Shown one piece after another: positions 51,200-64,000 of a stretch of DNA of 64,000 nucleotides (the first letter of the stretch is position 1; the number at the start of each line of letters is the position of its first letter). The notes under the pieces are model-generated. The model had not been told where the DNA came from. It saw only the letters and a list, made by a program, of their open reading frames with translations, and made no database searches. The stretch spans positions 54,252,001-54,316,000 of the forward strand of contig NC_045697.1 of NCBI RefSeq assembly GCF_009834535.1, read 5' to 3'. The DNA is from Camelus ferus (lineage: Eukaryota). The position numbers and the translations under genes are program-made.

Positions 51200-51960
51200 T
51201 TACCATTTATTGAATATAAGCCAGAGTTCTAAGTACTTTACAAACAGCACCTCATTTAATTCTCACCCCATTCTGATGCATGTTATTATCCCCATTTTAA
51301 GAATGAGGAAACTAAGGTTCAGAGAGGTTTTGTCACTTGCCCAGAGTCACACTGTGTCTGTCTGATTACAAAATTTATGATTATCACTATAGTAATGTAC
51401 TCTTTCTATATTACTTGTACAGCAATTAAAAATTCAATCCTCCCAACAGGACTAGTATTTCATAGGAATAGTATATAAAAACAGAAAAAACAGTGATTAT
51501 AGATACATTTGTTCAGGAGACAGAAAGGAATGCCTTATGTGTTCAGCTCTTCATTCCCATGTTAGAACCATGGAAATGTTCACAGAGTAGACAGGGCCTC
51601 ACTTCCATCATCTAATCCATCCTCTCACTGTACAGATACACTTAAAACAGACCATCAAAAACTTCAGGAGATACAGTGGAGAACCAATCACAATCAGTCC
51701 CTGCCCTCATTTGCTTGACTGACCACACACTGACACAGGGTCAGGTGTCAGACAATATTTCAGTTGTATTAATAAGTTTTTAAGTCATTTATCTTCACTA
51801 CAGCCTGAAGGTAGATACTACTGTTACCTCCATTTTTCAGATAAGGAAATGAGGAGAAGTAAGGTAACTTTCCAGATTCACACAGCAAGTAGAAGGCAAA
51901 AGCAGAATTTGAATCCTTAGTCCAGCTTCAAAGTCTGTGCTCTCAACTGCTGCCTCTCTC
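51200..51960 (-). mobile_element. Two MIR SINEs (about 51200-51400 and about 51770-51955)
   Basis: ccccattttaagaatgaggaaactaaggttcagagagg; ctccatttttcagataaggaaa. Confidence 0.75.
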
Positions 51961-53498
51961 ATGGAGCTTAGTTTGCTGCAGAGGGGAGGAGGGTGATGTC
52001 AGGATAGGGACATGCATAAGGAACATGTAAGACAGACATTCTTAAGGGAATAAAGTGTTTACAAAAGTTGAAAGTGTGTAGTAGAGGTAAGAGAATCTAC
52101 CTCATAGAGTGGTCGTGGAAATAAGAAGGAACCATCCATGCGAAGCAAGGAAAGAAAAGAGCAGTGTGAAGGTGATAAGGAAATTCACTCATTCTTCATT
52201 AAGTGACAAAGGGGAAAACTCAAATCCAGAGAAGTGATTTGTCTAATGTCAAGTAGCTTTTCTGATCCCTTCAACACTGTTTCCCCACCACCCACCCTGC
52301 CATTGTGCATATTTCTTCCCAAGATAAAAGGTATCTACAATATTTTTCCTGAGCTCTGAGGAATACATTCTATTGTGTAGGCTTCAAAAATATTAATGCT
52401 ATTGACCTTGGAACTCTGCTCATTCCATTATGACACAAAGTCATTATAGAAAAATGATACTGAGAATCTCAATTCTTTCTTCTGCTTCTTTAGAAAATCT
52501 GGGCAAGAAGCCACTAGGATTCAGTTCAGAAGGGACTGAGTACAAGATGCTGTTTTTAAAAATATACTGATGAAATTAAGTATTACTCAATAGCATCTGA
52601 AACAACTAATCTTGGGTTTGGTCCATGATTCATTAGAAGCTACTCTTTCTGTGAGAACAATTATCATTTGCTGGATATAGTTAAACAGAATTATCCAAGA
52701 TAAATACATATGGGGTTCTGATTTCAGTCTCCACTCCTCCCAAGTTACTAGTAATAACCCTTACTAGTAGCACTGGGAGAATAATCCCAAGAAATTTTTG
52801 GATTCTCTACTCTATCATGCCCACTAACTTATTTCACCCAATTTGCGCTGAAATGTCTTTCTTGCTGAGACTCTTTACTAACAGATTTTTATTTAACTTG
52901 TGTATTTAATAATGTATTTGTCTTTTTGTTCTCCTACCCCATTATTCACAGCACCTCCTTTCCTCCTTCCCTGCACCCCTCCCTAAGTAAACAATGTTTT
53001 AAAACCTGGTATATATCTTTCTATACAAATTAAATAGGATCATCTCCTTGGTAACTGTTAGAATTTTTAAGTACTTGAGTCTATATATAATAATAAAATC
53101 AAATATTGGAGGATGAACTCATCTGGGGCAATAAGTGCTGCCTTGTGCTTCTCCAGGGTGTGATATACCAAATCCCTCACCTCACTGGGATACATTTTGT
53201 AGAAACAATGCAACAGGAAATACCCTGATACTTTCAATTTACATTAAGTCACACTGAGCTAGGAGTAAGGGCCCCTAAATCCTTCACACATTTATTTCCT
53301 ATAGAAAACAAATATGTATTAGGGTCAGTATATTTTAACAAAGCAGTTAGTTAAGGTTTTGAACATTTCATGACGATCTTATACCAGAAGAGGGCTGTCT
53401 ATGTACCTGGAGTCTAGGAAACAGAAGAAACTAGTATGCCTTCAATAATATCATCCTGTTCTGTCTCAGAGCTACTCTGATCTAACTGTATCCAAAAA

Positions 53499-53651
53499 TC
53501 TTTGTTACACAAAGTGTGGTCCTTGGACCAATAGCATCAGCATCACCTGGGAGCTTGCTGGAAATGCAGAATCTTGAGCCTAACCCCAGATTCACTCAAT
53601 GTAAATCTGCATTTTTAAATTCATATATATATTAAAATTTAAGAAGTACTG
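53499..53651. mobile_element. MER5A element
   Basis: caaagtgtggtccttggaccaatagcatcagcatcacctgggagcttgctggaaatgcagaatct. Confidence 0.85.
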
Positions 53652-56600
53652 AAATGAACAACTGCAACTGCACTAAACAGCTACAAGTTTGGATACTTCC
53701 CAAGTATCCAAAATGGAGAGAGAGGAACAGCAAGAGGTATCTTTGCGTATTTAAATACGAATGAGAATGCCATCTAAACTGGGTGTGCAATAGATTTTCC
53801 ATTCCTCTCCTGCAGAAACAGTGCCTTGGGTAAGTTAGAACTCACAGAAGAGCATATTCTTCACTGAGTTTCAGGAACATTGTGTTCCTCAAAATGTTAA
53901 GTATTTCACAAATAAATGTTTCTTTGCTCGTATAAATTTGAGAAAAACTGCTTAGTTCAGGCTGCATAAGGAAGAAAGAAACATTTGCAAAATAGCAAAT
54001 AAGTAAATTTGCAGAATAGCAAATAAGAACAAAGGCTTAGCCTATAGCTATGAACTACTTGGGAAAATCTATCTAAAATGAAACCTTTGACCTTGGTCTC
54101 ATTATATGATGCCATAAGTACCCAAAACAATCAGCTACTGAAAGACCACTTCTACTCTATTAAACAGTCAACTGTTTAAATAATTAAGCACCCAGCATGA
54201 GTAGTTTCTATATTGTTTCATTCATTAGACTATTCATGCCTCTTTTAAGTGTAGGCTAGTAAAAGAAGTATAAATGAAAGTTTGTATTTCTTTCTTTTCT
54301 ACTTGTAAGCCACAATAAAAGTTCATTTTCCCTGGGTCATGGTTCAATGCATTTTTAGTCTCATATATAAAATTATTTCACTTAGAACAATGGGTGATTA
54401 TATGTATTTAGTAAATATTAATTGATAACTGCCTAAATTATATATACACACACTGATTTTCACAATGCCAAGTGCTTTTACTTATTACTGAATACCTAAG
54501 GCTATAATAATGGGAAGTTCTTTATGAAATCTATAAAATCCTTTATGAAATCTATAAATCCTCAAATCTATAAATCCAAACCCTCAGTCATGTCCTTTGC
54601 TCTAAAGCAAAGACTCTAAATCCAACATATTTAATGTCTTCTATAATCTCAATTGATTTTATTTTTCCAGATTATTTTCCACTTACTTGCCTACAAGGCC
54701 AATTATCGTTCTCCAAGCACACTTTGCACTTTTCATCTCTTTTGTTTCTGTTTTTTCATCTACTCAGAAGTTCTACCCGTCCTGCAAAGTATAGCTCACA
54801 TGCTACATGTTCCATGAAGATTCCTAACAGTCCCTCCATCCTTTAACCAAAAGTTACTTCTCTGACCTCTCAATTTCTGTAACATTTGGAGTGCTTATGT
54901 GGCACTTTTTACCTATCACTCTAAAGTTACTTAAGGAATTTTATCTTATTTATTTTTGCATGTCTAGCAAAATAATAGGCATGTAAATCTAATATTTCTA
55001 AGTAAAGAAATTAATGATTACAGGAGAAGAGTAGAAAACTAATATTAATTTTTCTCTACTGCAAAAAGTACCTCAATGGAGGCAGCTGTGGACATGTGCC
55101 CTTTGGTGTAAAGTATCTGTGTGATAACACCCAGGTGTTAAGTTGGAAGAAACCGGAGTGCATAATAAATGTTACAACTAAAGATATAAATTAGAAGTCA
55201 TCTTTGAAAAAAAATGTGTATAAAGTAAGCTGAAAAAGTGTGGACTAGGTTAAAAAAAAAAGGACTAGAATAAGTAAATAGGAAAAATTGAGTATTTTGA
55301 ACAAAGTGCACTTTGTTCTCTTGATGATAGATTAAATATAAACAGGGTAATATATAAGATTAAACTGATTAATGAAAAGAATTTCATCTTACTCTAAACT
55401 GCTTCTTTAGCACTTTACAATTTATATAGCATAAATATTATGTTTTAATTCTCACAAAATTCTGTGTGGTGAGTATTGTTATCACCATTATATAGCTAGG
55501 GAACTGAGACTCCATGTTGTTTGAAGGACTCATTTATGATTACTCAACAGCTACTGGTATAACAATCTTTAGTTCTTGAGTCTTTTCTAGTATATTTCCT
55601 AGTTGTCGCTACAATAATTCCTTAAATTCTGGAAAACTTTTTCAGAATTTACAAACAAGTGTCATATACATTTTATTTGGATTTTTTTGGATAAGGAAGG
55701 TATTGTTTTGTCCATTTTTAAAACAAGGCAACTAGAGTTTGGAAAAGTTATGATTTACGTGAGATCTCACAGCTTAGATTTGACAGAGTATCTGAATCCA
55801 CACCTCCTAACTCCACTTCTGTTTCCACATCCTCTCAGAAAAGTCTTTTACAATGCAAGAATTAAACACTATGCTCAGAAGTTTAAAGTCAATTAAAACA
55901 ATCTTTTATATATCAGATCCTTCTTTTCAGAAACATGACTGATATTAGAATGAAGGATATCTCAAAAAGAAAATAATGATCATTTTTAACTTCCTTACTT
56001 ATTGCAGAAATATAAAGTGAACATTATTAATAAAGAACATATTACAAAACTGGAACAATTTTTCAATGTCACTAGGTCCAAATAAATTAAACTTAGATAT
56101 ACTGTGATGAAGCATAACCTATCATTTTTCCCTTCTCTAATAATTGTTTAATACTGCTTAAGATATATCCTCAAACACTACAACCCAGTAAAAAAATTTA
56201 ATCAAGTAATTGCTGCAAAGCATCTTAAAATATATTTCAAAGATTTAACAATAAATTGGAGAAAGAATGCCCATAAACTTCCAGTATATGAAAATGATCC
56301 CTTAGGGTTTAGAACAAATTAGACAAAGTATGAATAGAGCATCATAGGAAAGGAATTTATTTTTCTCCTAGCAGTAAGGATGGATTTGTCTTATTGTGGC
56401 CTCACCCTCTCATGGGGTTGTTTCTGTGGCCTAGATCTGTTAGTAAGAGCCTGAGTTCCAGGTATAGCCTGAGTCCTAGGAAAAGAAGAACTAAACTAGC
56501 CTGTGAAGTAACTGAGCTCACACTCTTGGCTTCCCTGGCAGCAGGTTCTCCTGAACCATCATGAACCCCCAACTCAACAACTACATGCATATATACATAC

Positions 56601-58099
56601 GCACATGCTTACATACATACCTACTAGTCATTTGTCCATATCAATTTGCAAATTTTATGAGAAGAATTTGAATCCTAGATTGGCTTTCCCCACAAGTAGC
56701 AGATTCCAGAACTCTGACACATCATTTCAGGCCTGCTATGGACAGTTGTGCAGTTTGTGCAGTGTACAAAAATGCTTGGCTCAGAGGGAGACTGAAAGCC
56801 AAGATGGCACCTATGCTGCCTGCCAAGCTGTGTGCCCCAGAGTAGAGCTGCACGCAGCCCAAAGAACACCCTTTTATAATTGTCTCTGTCTCCCAGAGAA
56901 GTTCTTTTCCTAGTAATCAAAAAAGTATAGCATAGTCTTGTTCAGGTCCCTTACCATTTGCCCAGTCTCTGTATCCTCAACTGGTATAAAGTGATTTATA
57001 TCCTCAGGAATGGAAACTTATTTAAATGCTACCCAAGACAAAATTAAATAGGAAAATAAATCATTGAGTTAAAAGAAAGTCATGCAGTGCATTCCAAAGG
57101 TACACACATACAAAATATTGTGGGTTTGTGATTCAAGGATAAGAATTTTATCTTCCATATAAACCCGGAGTTTTCAGAATGCATTATGGTTTAATAAAAC
57201 AAATATATTCAAGAATCCTTAAAACTATGGCTCTGACTGCAATCATACAGCTGTGCATTCCTGAATAATCCTGTGTCTCTCTTTTCTTTTAGAATATACT
57301 TAAGGTTATCAAGAACAACAACAACAACAACAACAAAAACCTTAAGAAATAGATAAATAAAGTATTGGAGTAGATCAGTGATTTGTTGGAAATAGGAAAG
57401 GATCCCTTTCCCACAACTCAAATTCAAAGAGAGAAGCTACTCTATTTTCATCTATTTTATATCACTGAGCTTCCAAGCTTTTTGAGAACTTGAACAAAGT
57501 GATCCTCAACTTAAAAAATTAAATCATTGAAATGGATAGTCTCTATTGCCTGCCTCATGACAACCACCTAGAGTTAATGAAAGGTACTTAAACAGTAAGT
57601 CCCTCTACTTTGGAAACATTTCTCATATTCTTCATAACTCCAATTTATAATGTAAACACATACATACTCAAGTATGTGTGTTTGTGTATCCTGCAATACA
57701 AGGTCTGTAGAAATATTTTTGAACTTTCCATTTCTTAGTATCAACAATAAGGTAGTAAATGTGATAGAAATTAATAATAACAACATGATAATTAACAGAA
57801 AACTTCCTGCTATCTGAAGTGGCCACTTGTAGTTTGAGCTTGACAGACCTGGATTCGCATTCCAACTCTCTTACTAGCTAAGTAACTAGGCTTCTCATTC
57901 ATTATCTGTAAACCAGGGTTTCTAAGCAGGGATTAAATTAAATGATGTAAAAAAGTTCAGCCAGGTACACGGTAAGCACCCGATAGATGGCAAAGATTAT
58001 TCTCTGATCTGTATTTTTTTCAGTGTTTAAAGTAAGAATGCACGGCACACAATCCTATATAAAGTCCCTCCAAACAATAGTAAAATTATTTTAAACCCA

Positions 58100-59950
58100 T
58101 TTTTGCAGAGCCATTCATCAACTTTTCCATAGCAATGCCTGATATGGACTCTGTAATGGGTTCTGTGCTAGGAATGGGGCATATCCTGGCAGACAAGATG
58201 CATCTCCTTCTTTCAGGAGCCACAGTCCAGATGTGGATGCAGGCACATGAAGGGATAAGGATTATAATAGAACATCACTGAGCATTATGAAATCAGATGA
58301 GGGGCAGCAAGGGGAGAAAAAGTTAACTACCTAGAGGGAAATTAAAGATGTTTGAATTATTTCAAGGATAAAATGAGAAGTATCCAGGCAGCTGAGATAT
58401 GAAAGTTTCCAGGCAAAAGACAGCACACACAGAAGCGGCTGTGACATTTGATCTGGCTGGGGTTAGGTGGCAAGTGAGAATGTGGCAGAAGTTGAAATTG
58501 CAGATGTGATTTGATTAGCCTTAAGTGCCCTGGAAAGTTTGGATGCCATCTGAGAACTCTGATGAGCAATAGATAAATTTCAAATGAAGTATCAGAAGGG
58601 GAGGATGCCAGATTCTAAGATTTACATTTTTAAAATCCCTAGAAGAATTGTAAAGAATTGATTGGAAAGAAGCAAAAACCTTTAATTCAGTCGATTCCTC
58701 TTTTCCCCATATCTCATAAGTGAATCACCAGCAAATCCTCTAGGGTCTAAATGCAAAATATACCCAGACTCTGACCACTTCTCACCACCTCCATTGCTAC
58801 CACCCTTGTCTAAACTACCATCATCTCTCACTTAAATTATTTAATAATCTCCTAAGTGGTCTCCCACTGCATCCCAGGGCCACTACTCCCTGCAAAGTGC
58901 CCAGAGTGATCCTACTAAAGAAATAGATCTGATGTTAATCTTTTGTTCAATACCCTCTAAGACTTGTCTCACTCAAAATAAAGACCGACGTCCTTACATG
59001 CAAAGCCCTAAGTGATCTTTCCCGAGCTGCTAACTCCTAGTTTCTTATCTTTCTGCCCTCATTTTCCTTCAGTGCCCGCCACCCCTGACTTTCTCACTCC
59101 ACTCCAGTTCAGCTGCCTCTCTTGCTGGTCCTCAAACTTACTGCATGAGCTCCTGGCTCAGGGCCTTCAAACTGCTGTTCATCTGCCTAGATAATTCTCC
59201 CCCTGATATTTTGATGGCTTGCTCACTCAACTCCTTCTAGTCTTTACTCAAATGTCACCTCCTCAACAAGGCTGGTCACTCAATCTAAATTTTTAGCACC
59301 CCCATACACACCCCCTTCCCCACCTCTCTGCTTTTTTGTTCCCTTTATTTTACTTATTTATCTTACACATTTCTCTCCCGACACCATGAGGATTGCTATG
59401 ACTGTTTCTTTTCATTGTATTCCCAGCAATTAAATTTTGCCTAGAACACTGCAGTCACTCACCAAATAGCTCTTGAATGAACTGACTAGTTAATGGAAGA
59501 AGGGAGATCAGTTAAGAGGCCTTTCTTGTAATACAAGCAAGATGATAGCAGCCAGAATTAAGAAAGAGATAGGCAGAATGGACAGAGAGATTTAGACAGT
59601 AGGAAAAGAATCTACTGATGACCTCTTAAATGTGGGAAGTTACCAAGAGGGAGCAGGTACAGCCAATTACTGGGTCTTTAACTTAAGGTACCAGGTAGAT
59701 GGTGGTGACATTTATCAATAGTAGAAATAGGGAAGCATGAGTACAGGGTGGAGAAAAAGACAGCAAGTTCAGTTTTGAACTGAACTGTTGTATTTAAGGA
59801 GGTTTTAGGACATCCATAAGATGTCCAATGCATAATTGGAAATGATGGTGTGGAGCTTAAAAACGAGGTCTGAGCTGAAGATGTATCTTAGGAAATATTA
59901 CCTTATTAAATGCTTGCTGAAACTATGGCATAGTATGGGATCATCAAGGA
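58100..59950. mobile_element. L2 fragments in both orientations (+ copy at about 58700-59490 inside a - copy)
   Basis: ctgaccacttctcaccacctccattgctaccaccctt...cagagtgatcct...ctcaaatgtcacctcctca. Confidence 0.7.
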
Positions 59951-62900
59951 AGAATGCATATCACGGGAAAACAACCATGGGCCAAATCTTTATTATCATA
60001 CCTGATATCTTATTTAAGTGGACACAAAATTGTTTAGAAGTCCTCTATATACATACATATTATATACAATTGAATTTGCAATTACCCTGTCACTGTTTTC
60101 CTCTATTCTTGCAAATAATGGAAAGTTATTGGCAAGTGGTTCTATTAATCCACAACCATATATTTGTAACTATGTGCCAATGGCAGAAATTAACATGTAT
60201 TTGTACATAAATATGATATATTAATGTAAGGTGTACTTTCAAATCAAAATTAAATCAACAATTATTTTATTGCATATTTAATATGTGTAAGGACAAAATC
60301 TGAGCATTCAGTTTAATAAAGCTCTCAACAGATGTTGATTTTCTTAGCCTCCTCCAAGTGATATCAGGAGAGATAGGAGTCCCAAAGCTTTTCCATCTCT
60401 TGTAGTGTGAGGGAGGAAGTGTATGTCAGAGGAAGTCCACATTCCTTGATTCTAACCACCCTGATTTCCATTTCCAAATCTGTCACTCCTGAGAAATTAT
60501 GAGTTATTTACTCTCTGAGCTTCAGTTTTCCTATCTTTCAAGCAGGTATCATAATACCTACATTATGGCTAATATGAAGACTGGCAATATACCTGCACAG
60601 TGTCTGACACTTAGGCTCTCATAATGAAAGTATAGAATAAGTTTTCCAACATTCATGTAATTTTCCAAGTCAATGAAAGAGAGTAAGAAAGAGGGGGAAG
60701 CTGGTTAAAAATATCACAACTGCGTATCTGTTTTGCTATTTAAATGCAAGCACTAAGAATTTCATTGGTCAGAGTCCTGCTTTAAAAGCAAAGTATTTGC
60801 TTGCAGGTTTCCATTGCATATGAGTCAAAATTCGGACAGCATTAGCAAATATATTTTCTCTAGTAGATTGCAAAGTAAATACTACACACAATTTAGTGCA
60901 TGTTGGCATAAGCTTTATAATCAGCCACATACAGAGGTTCAATGACAAGTTGCACTACTACCAAGAGAGCAGATATTTCTTCAGCTGTTTCTATAGGGTG
61001 GAGCAACCCATTCTTATGTAATTAATTACGGCTTGTGAGATTAAGGTAATCTGAGGTCCACACCCTTTGTTCATTGAGTCATATGTCTCATGATGTTTTT
61101 CAGGCATTGAGTTTAAGATGCTTTCCGTGAACTAAAGCAAAATTGGCACTAAAGTCATTCTCATGGGAGGCTTATCCAAGCTAAAGCATATGCTGACTCT
61201 AGCCTTTGTTGTTTTTTGGGGGGACAGAGGGTGGTTGACTTCCAACTTAATCTTTGGTTTTTAGGAACTTCTCAATCTATCACTCATAAATCTTGACACT
61301 TCTGCTCATTTCTGGAAATACAGTCAGTTTCCTGGTTATTGAGATGGAGAATCAATCAATATGCAACTTATTTGAGTTGGCTTTCCTCCAATTCTGCCTT
61401 TTTCTGGCTCTCCTACTGCTCAGCACCACTGACATTTACTAAATTCACCATGCCAAACACAGCAATTGTAACCACATGTCATTGGTACAACAAACCCATA
61501 AGGAAACACAAGTGTAAACTGAGGATCAAAAAGTCAGCAAATGTCAAGGTGCCAATTTTCTCCTATAAGAAAATCAATACAGTAGTCATTCCCAAATGCC
61601 GGACTCTGGACCAGTAAAAGTCAGTTTTCACTAGTCATTAGCAAAATGAATTTTAAGAGCAATGTAATAAAAAGACATCACTAAGCTAAAGCTAAACAAC
61701 ATCTTTTTTGTTATTCTGAGATTAAGTCCTTCCTACTTTTATATATTTAAAAGCCCTTTTATTAAACAATAATGTTTGAGCAAGGTCAATTTTTGTAATT
61801 TTTAATATGTTTATTCAACAAAATTGAAAGTTGGCAAGTCTACATCTACCTCTGATAACTTCTGCAATGATACTGGTCTCAGAGACATAACTTACAATGT
61901 GCAGGTAGTACTATGTAAAATACCAGGAAGTGCCTTTTCATCAGGGTATGAGTCAGTTAGAGCCCAAACACCACCAGGTGACCCTGCTGTGAAACCTAAA
62001 AGTCTCGGAATCTGATGGCATTCCCTTCACACTTACACGAGAATGCTAACAAAACAAATAAGAGAAATGAAAACCAGACTATATTCTGGCCAAATGTAAC
62101 TGCTTTTTAGCTCTGTTAAGGCTTTTAAAACTAAAACACACCCAGGAATTAACACATGCAATAAATATTTATAAATATCATAAATCTATGAACCCCCTAT
62201 ATATGCCAGGCACCCTACAAAGTGTCAGAAACATACACATGAATAGAATCTTTATCCTCAAGGCTCTCACAGCTTAGTGGATAACCTATTTAATAGAAAT
62301 ATATACTTTATACACCTAACATAACCTCACTGATTTTCAAAACAGCCTTGTGAGGCAGGTATTATTCCCATTTTCAGATGAAGAAAGTCTTAGATAAATG
62401 ACAATAAGATCTCCAAGCAAACAAGGGATAAAATAGGAATTCACACTCAGCTCTTCCGGTGACCTCTCCAGTGTGAGTGTGTGCGGTGGTGGGGAGGGAG
62501 GCAGTGAAGAAAACAGTGCCTGGGTTATATGCCAAATGTAATACCAGACACTGTGTTAGTATAAATCTATTGGCTTACACTGATATTGATGAATCCATGG
62601 GTGAAAAAAAATGATAAATCACGCAAATCCTCTGCTGCTGGTATAGTTCTAATTCATTTCAGGTGCCTGCTACTCTCCTGAATCTCAGCTCTCAGCCTCT
62701 GGCCATATCTCTATTTTAATAATATGGAGAATAGTACAGTGGGAAATGCTACTGTTCTGACTCCATCCACCCCTCTCTCTACTCAAAATGATCCCTCTTC
62801 AGCACATCCCTGGGGATGGTGCCCAGATAAGGGAGCTTACTATAGCAGTGTCCAACATAGGGTCTTGGAAGAAGTTGTAGTAAAATAGAAAAGAGTTATT

Positions 62901-63222
62901 ATTATTCTTGAGAACTTCATCAACTGGCAGAAGGAAAAGCAATTGCATACCACAGGTCAGATTCACTTATTCTTCTATCAAACTACCTAAATGTCAACAT
63001 TTTAGTGCTGAAAAAAATTGGAAAGAAAAAACATTAAGGAGAGTGTTATTCAGTTCCGTCTCATTTTCGAAACAATATTCCTATCAAAAACCAGTCACTT
63101 TTCTATAAATAGAGCCACGTGCAAGCTAAGAGGCTTAGGAAGGCAGAAAATCATCATGAGCACTAAAATGATGGATTCTCTAAGTGAAATGAGTGGCCTC
63201 CAATTTTCTTCCCCTTTCTAAG

Positions 63223-63344
63223 GCCAGCACGGGTGCCATCGGCCTCAAGATCCCTGAACCCATTCATAGTGTGTTTTGTTGTCATCGCAGTGGTGGTGAT
63301 CCTGGCATTGATCATAGGTCTACTTGTCTACTTTTTTGCTTTTG
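63223..63344 (+). CDS. TMPRSS11D: TMPRSS11D exon 2, cytoplasmic tail and signal anchor: PARVPSASRSLNPFIVCFVVIAVVVILALIIGLLVYFFAF
   Basis: Acceptor tttctaag| and donor TTTG|gtaagt; 122 bp, phase 2 to 1. Matches recalled human PARVTSTSRFLNPYVVCFIVVAGVVILAVTIALLVYFLAF. The gene continues beyond the window. Confidence 0.93.
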
Positions 63345-64000
63345 GTAAGTACCAGAAGACTGGAAGTACCACTTTTCAAATGAATTAACTAAATATACCT
63401 TCAGATTAAAAGTCTGGCATTCTCTCTTTTATTGCCACTTTTATTTCTTAATATAAGATAATTATGTTTCTTATATACCTCTAAAAATATATGCTCATGT
63501 CTATATTTTCTCTAATTCAGCATTTTTTCTCTTCTCTTTTTTTTTGGGGGGGGGTGCTTTTTTTTTTTTAGTATACTAAACAACATTATTACCCAGGCAA
63601 GAATTATTCTAGCCAAGGGAAAAAAAACTCTCAATACTTTCATGATGCTAGAGTTAGTTCATATTGTTTTTCATTAATATGATTTCCTTCTTCATTTAAT
63701 AACCTGATAAAGTTGTAAAAATAAAATATTACAAAGAAACTTAAGTTTCAACATCTAGAAGTTGGATGTACCTAAGTATTCATTAATTCATGCCCCGTCT
63801 CCTGAAAACAATCTTAGGAGCAGGACAGTTATGACAGGAGATGAATTTGCAGTTTAGAAGTAGCAAGGGGTAAAAAACAAACTTTAAAAAGGGTTCTGTT
63901 CTTTTTTGTCTTATTTTAATTTTTATTATGTCATAATAACTAGGAAACATAGACAAGAAACAGTATAAAGAATGCATATGCCCTGCTCATTCACAAACAA

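Noticed and set aside
61339..61617. 92-aa ORF in TMPRSS11D intron 1
   Set aside because: TTG start, no recognisable homology, and no poly(A) tail or TSD suggesting a retrocopy.

Overview
Mammalian genomic DNA (AT-rich, CpG-poor, repeat-dense) from the HAT/DESC type II transmembrane serine protease (TMPRSS11) cluster. The + strand carries eight coding exons of TMPRSS11A (567-30944, apparently exons 3-10). They splice in frame through GT-AG introns into a SEA domain, an R|IMSG activation site and an intact His/Asp/Ser trypsin-like domain. TMPRSS11D (HAT) follows, with its promoter, an 8-nt coding exon 1 (44376-44383) and a transmembrane exon 2 (63223-63344). The rest is interspersed repeats: L1, L2, L3/CR1, MIR, Tigger, MER5/MER20/MER94, MLT LTRs and an ERV-L internal relic. 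A young L1 3' end of camelid type and the lack of Alu, B1, Bov, PRE and Can SINEs suggest a camelid host (inference). I found no novel gene system. The best observations are a twin-primed 5'-inverted L1 insertion with perfect TSDs, splice-site and Cys peculiarities of TMPRSS11A, a 38-nt G run, and hairpins and motif clusters near TMPRSS11D. Gene and repeat names and human comparisons come from recalled sequences, not database searches. Repeat boundaries are approximate unless TSDs or TIRs are quoted.
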